DNA from: Callorhinchus milii
Taxonomy: Eukaryota
Assembly (NCBI RefSeq): GCF_018977255.1
Contig: NW_024704748.1
Span: 18,166,001 to 18,230,000 of the forward strand
Reading direction: 5' to 3'
Length of the DNA stretch: 64,000 nucleotides
Below, piece after piece: positions 59,254-64,000 of this stretch (position 1 is its first letter; each line of letters starts with the position of its first letter). The notes under the pieces are model-generated. The model had not been told where the DNA came from, searched no databases, and saw only the letters and a program-made list of their open reading frames with translations. Position numbers and translations under genes: made by a program.

Positions 59254-60034
59254 GTAAGTGTTATCCACGCTAAATTTGGGAAGATGTATGGTTTATATAA
59301 AAAAAAACTGCTGTTTCCTGATGCATATATGTTTGGAGATATGTTTTTTGATCCATGTTTACAGATAGTTATTTTCTTTTAACCGTCTTTTTTGTCTCTT
59401 CTGTGTTTCCTGAAGAAGCCACTTGTCTCTTTTTTTTTAAAGGATGATAGAAGGACTTTTCCCACAGATTACTCCATAATGCAGTAAAAATAATCTGTAA
59501 TTATTATCTTGCAAATAGAGCCAGCAAAATTAATTTGTATGTTTTGTGAACATTAATTTGTTATTGTCCTATATAATTTTTGCTGGACCTCAGTACTTAA
59601 ATGTGAACATATAGATGTTAATAATTGGACTTTTTATTTTATACCATTTGATTTTAACCGGTTAAATTCACAGACTAATCACATTATCCAAGTAGACAAT
59701 TGAGATTAAAGAAATCTCACAAAACTGCACTTTATTGCTTTGTATTTTAAGTTTGTTACATTTTGCCATATTTATCCCTCTAGTCCATGTGAAGAAATGT
59801 ATTTGAAGTCATGATTTTTTAATAAAAATATGTAAGCATTTCAAAGCCTTCATAGGTATTTGCTATCAATACCTGATAGCAAGGGAACATGCCTTATTGC
59901 AAATCACCCACATAGAGTGGTTCTGCAGTAAGTCTTGAAATTTTATCTGGTACTTGAACCCACAACTGATGTGAGACTTGAAACTTTCTGACCCTGAGGC
60001 AAGACTGCTGTGAACAGAGCCTGCCAGATATCTA

Positions 60035-60138
60035 AGGGTGGATAATTGGAGTTGAGGTACAGATCAGCCTTGATCTTACAGAATGGCAGAACAAGCTCGA
60101 GGTGCTGAATGGCCTACTCCTGTTCCTATTTTCCTATT
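60035..60138 (+). mobile_element. CR1-type LINE 3' tail
   Basis: 'agatcagccttgatcttacagaatggcagaacaagctcgaggtgctgaatggcctactcctgttccta'. Confidence 0.7.
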
Positions 60139-60804
60139 GTAGCAGCTGAACGAGAAATCTTTGGTACTAAGTTTAACTTAAACCAATAATTCTGTAAGAA
60201 CCACAAGTACAGTAACCATGACACTGAATATTGTCTAAATATTGCTCTTTTCTGATTGACTCACAAAGTTAAACTCAGAATGGATTCCATTCTGGCTTTT
60301 TGTGTAGATTGAAAATATCATCCCTTTGAAATGGTAATATGTTTTAGCTGCTTCATTTCTAATGAAAGTAGGGTTTGTCCTGCAACAAATTCTGAAAGTG
60401 AAAAGTAAAACTAATCAATAATGGTATTTGTTGCACCGAGCTTGGGTTGTAGCTGTTACAAGCAGGAGTGAATAATGAATGTTCAAAGTGAGGAAAGGAA
60501 AAAGTGAGGAAATGTTGATTAATCCTACAACTCATAGTAGATGAGCTGAAAGAATTCTATTTTCTTTAAATAAACAGATCAAAGATGCTGAAAATCTCTA
60601 TTCCAGTTTGACCTGCTCCTGCAAAGATTGCTGTTTTTTCAGCAGACTTTTGTGAGGTGTGATGTGAAGGACGTGGCTCTCCCCTGTGGCAGCATGGCCT
60701 GCTGAGAACTGACAGTTCTTAGTAACTTTGCCTGCCACCCATATGTTTTAAACACAATCATTAAAACGCATGTACATTTAAATCTGTATGCAAACATTTG
60801 GGAT

Positions 60805-61262
60805 AACAACAACAACTTGGATTTATATAGCACCCTCCACGCCGGACGGCGTCTCAGAGCGCTTTACAGTAACGGATCCCGGGGCCGAGCCGGGGGGAGG
60901 AAGGTGACCAAAGGTGCAGTCGAAAAGAAAGGTCTTCAGCAGAGACCTGAAAATGGGAGGGGAGGGAGCGAGGTGAAGGGAGTGAGGAAGGCAGTTCTAG
61001 AGCCTCGGGGAATAGTGGCTGAAGGCACGGCCGCTGAGGATGGAGCGGAGGACTCAGGGGACAAGGAGGAGGCCAGACCTGGAGAAACGAAGGCAATGGG
61101 TGCTGTTTTGAGGAGAGAGGAGGTCAGAGAGGTAGGGGGTGCAGAGGAGTGCAGGGACTTGAATACGAAGGTGAGGATCTTGAAGTCGATCCTCTGGGAT
61201 AGGCAGCCAGTGCAGTCTGGCAATGACTGGGGTGATCGGGGAGCGTAGTTTCGTGCGGGTGA
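60805..61262 (-). mobile_element. L2-type LINE 3' fragment
   Basis: Encodes ITPVIARLHWLP / QRIDFKILTFVFKSLH. 3' end nearly identical to the 9394 copy. Confidence 0.9.
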
Positions 61263-61354
61263 GAATGCAAATTTGTGATATTAAATGTTGTACATAGTTC
61301 AAATAATTGCTACAATTGAGTTCATTCATCACCCATCTTTTTGGAAAAAGAGAA

Positions 61355-61512
61355 TTAACCAGGGTTCCTGATATTAACCACAGTTGAATAGCCCACTAAC
61401 CCCCACTGTCTGAGTGCATGCATGAAAAATGTATATGAGGGACAGTTACCGGAGGGAACTCTGTGCTTTGGAACTGTACTGCAGCACAACTTGGTACCTT
61501 TAGGGTGGGTTG
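61355..61512 (+). mobile_element. LF-SINE-like relic, internally deleted
   Basis: 'aaccagggttcc...gttgaatagcccactaacccccactgtct...catgaaaaat...ggaactgtac'. Confidence 0.4.
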
Positions 61513-63321
61513 GGGGTAACTATTTTAGTGTATCACTTTTTAAATTTCAAAATAGTTTGCCTTTAATCATACAGCTAAGTGAAGTCTGAACAACACTTAA
61601 GTTGTCAGAAAAAGCATAGCTTTCAAAAGCAGATTTCAGAAGGTAAAGAAAGCCTTCTACGAGGTACCTTGGTGAGATACAGCAGGATTCAGGTAATATT
61701 TTGACAGTTAGTGTGCTTCATCCTTCTCTAGGTTGCATCTTTCCATGGAAAAATCCAGTAGAGAAAAATATATTTATGGGTAAAATTATTTTCTGACAAG
61801 TAAATGCCAGGTACGTTAAGATTGCCACATAGGCACTTTCAAGTAACGATAATCTATATTGCCACACTCCACATGGATACTGGAAGATGCATTACTTGGC
61901 ATGTATCGTTTAGCAATAAATGTTGTGAAAGTTTTGTCTGCCAACTCTGAAGGCTTCAAATTAGTCTGAATGACCTCCACGGCTATCTCACAGCTATACC
62001 ACCCTTTGTCTTGTGTTATTTCACCAGAAGTTTAAAATGTCATAACCTACCTCTGGCTATGTTTCTAGATTTTATTCCTGCAGCCTTTGTATTTCTTGTT
62101 TGTGCTTTCAATTCAATTTTTTGTTCATATAGTCCTCCTTAAAAAAAAGAAAAAGCAGAAGGAACCAGAAGGAAGAAGGTTGTTTTCAGATGCTGGCCCT
62201 TGTTACAGAAAGGGGATGAAATCTGTGCAATATTATGTAGATTTTGTAAGACGATTTAATTCGAAGGGGTCAATGTTAGTACACATAATGAAGTAATGAA
62301 ATACTGAATGCTCGATGGCTATAAAACAAAAATGTCTTGCATTTAAGTCCATTTTGCTGCAGATCTGATTATGATGGAGTAATTATAAAGGAATTGAAAG
62401 CAATATTACAAAATTGAACTTATTAAATGTTCAGATTCTCTGAACAATCTCATACTTCATGTTTCTTTCATGAAACTTGCAGTCTTACATAATTGTCAAT
62501 AATTCCAAATGTCTATCTGAATCTAGTGTATTGCCACAGTAACCTATATCTTTACTTTTAAAGAATGTGTTAATTAATAATGTCACTGAAATGTGGAGTG
62601 TTGTGTTGATTTACAGCCTTGCATCATAATTTAAGAATTCAGCTTTGGTTTTAGTTTATGAAAGTCTAAATCTCATATGACTTGTTATAAGTACTATTTT
62701 GCAAATTTACAATGTATAGTTCTCTCAGAATAGTTGAGACACTAAACATTTTGAATTGTTTATTGCTGGTATGAAATTCATTTATGTAAACTGTCACAAG
62801 AAAAAATTCTGAGGCCCAGCATAGTATTTTTGCAACATGCTCCTTCTTACATGCAGTATGTGGACAGATACATTAGAACTAACATTCACTGAACTGAGCA
62901 GTTACAAGAAATCTGCCTCCATGGTGCCTTTTTATTTTAAAGTTGCTCATGCATTTTGATTTCCAGTGGGAGAAGGCCTTGTGCTATTCCCATTTCAAAG
63001 ATCAACCAGTAAATTTTTAAAACCTTGTTTTTTGTCTTCATTAACTTTTTAAGACTATATTGATCGCCTAATACATTGCCAGTGTAAATTTAGCTCTATA
63101 TTTCTAGTTATAAGAACATTGCACATGCATGAACCTATAAAGTTTTGAGTACTTTGTCTTAATGTTGGGGAAATCATGGATACAAATCTGCAACTTTCTT
63201 TTTGTAACGCCTCAGCAAGTGATAGGATTTTTGATTGTGGTCCAGTCGAGGTATTTGCTCGTTCACACACAAAAACTGAAGATGGCGTTGAATTGGGTAG
63301 GGTTATTTTACATAAAAACCA

Positions 63322-63585
63322 AAGTTGCTGGGAACACTTAGCAGGTCAGGCAACATCTATTGAGAGAGGAAAGTGAGTTAACGTTTCAGATCGATTGACC
63401 TTTCATTAAAACTGGGGGATGTTGGAAGGGAGCAGTTAATAAAGACAAACAGAGAAGGGGTCATTGACCTGGAACGTTAACTCACTTTCCTTTCTCGATA
63501 GATGCTGCCTGACATGCTGAGTGTTTCCAGCGACTTCTGTTTTCAATTTCAGATTTCCAATATCTGCAGCATTTTGCCTTTTGTT
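63322..63585. mobile_element. Penelope-like element terminus arranged as an inverted repeat
   Basis: Arms 63322-63400 and 63459-63536 are reverse complements. The sequence resembles the chondrichthyan 'aacgttaactc...agatgctgcctgacctgctgag..tttccagc' repeat. Confidence 0.7.
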
Positions 63586-63961
63586 TAGGGTTATTTCAAA
63601 TCGTATTTTGATGTATGCCATGACGATGCTTACAAGCTATTGCTTCTGACTGCAATTTAAGTTGCTTGAGCCAGACGGTGTCCAAAACAGTGAATATTGC
63701 CAGTGCATCACTCTTATGTGTGAATTTGAATTACTTGTGCTGATACTTCAATCGCACAAAAAAATAAGATTATACTGTTTGATGTTGAAAGATTCATGAA
63801 TGTTTTGAATGATTTTTGTCCATCATTGTGTAGGGAGATTAACTTTGAGATACTATCAACAATAAAATTCTGCCTTTTGTATAAATAGTGAATAATTAAC
63901 AGTCCTTGTTACGTGAAGGTAGATTTTCGCACACAAATCCTAATTTAAATTTATCCTCCAG

Positions 63962-64000
63962 GTCTACCAGTTGACATCTGATAATTATGTGGCATATGAC
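63962..64000 (+). CDS. IPMK: IPMK exon 5 (truncated by the window end)
   Basis: Acceptor atcctccag, then VYQLTSDNYVAYD, similar to human VYHVHSDSYET. Phase 0 matches exon 4. Confidence 0.85.

Overview
This is vertebrate nuclear DNA, not prokaryotic. The repeat landscape (tRNA/CORE-like SINEs, Deu-domain SINEs, L2 and CR1 tails, LF-SINE-like relics, Penelope-like termini) points to a cartilaginous fish, possibly a holocephalan; the taxon is my inference. The window holds the conserved BICC1-TFAM-UBE2D1-CISD1-IPMK block (human 10q21.1). It contains BICC1 exon 1 (-), complete TFAM (-, 7 exons, 273 aa), complete UBE2D1 (-, 7 exons, 147 aa), complete CISD1/mitoNEET (+, 3 exons, 105 aa) and IPMK exons 1-4 plus the start of exon 5 (+). 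All exons were placed by hand using GT-AG sites and reading-frame phase. Most ORFs in the supplied track are spurious (repeats or low complexity). I found no wholly new biological system. The best leads are: (1) a probable U12 minor-spliceosome intron in IPMK; (2) CISD1 inverted relative to the human order; (3) an IPMK uORF in frame with the CDS and separated from it by a single TGA; (4) UBE2D1 substitutions at positions conserved from human to yeast; (5) a Penelope-like inverted repeat with decayed hammerhead cores; (6) LF-SINE-like copies antisense within a UBE2D1 intron; (7) NRF-1 and HNF1 sites matching known mammalian regulation. Comparisons with human, yeast and repeat consensus sequences are from memory, not from alignments I ran.
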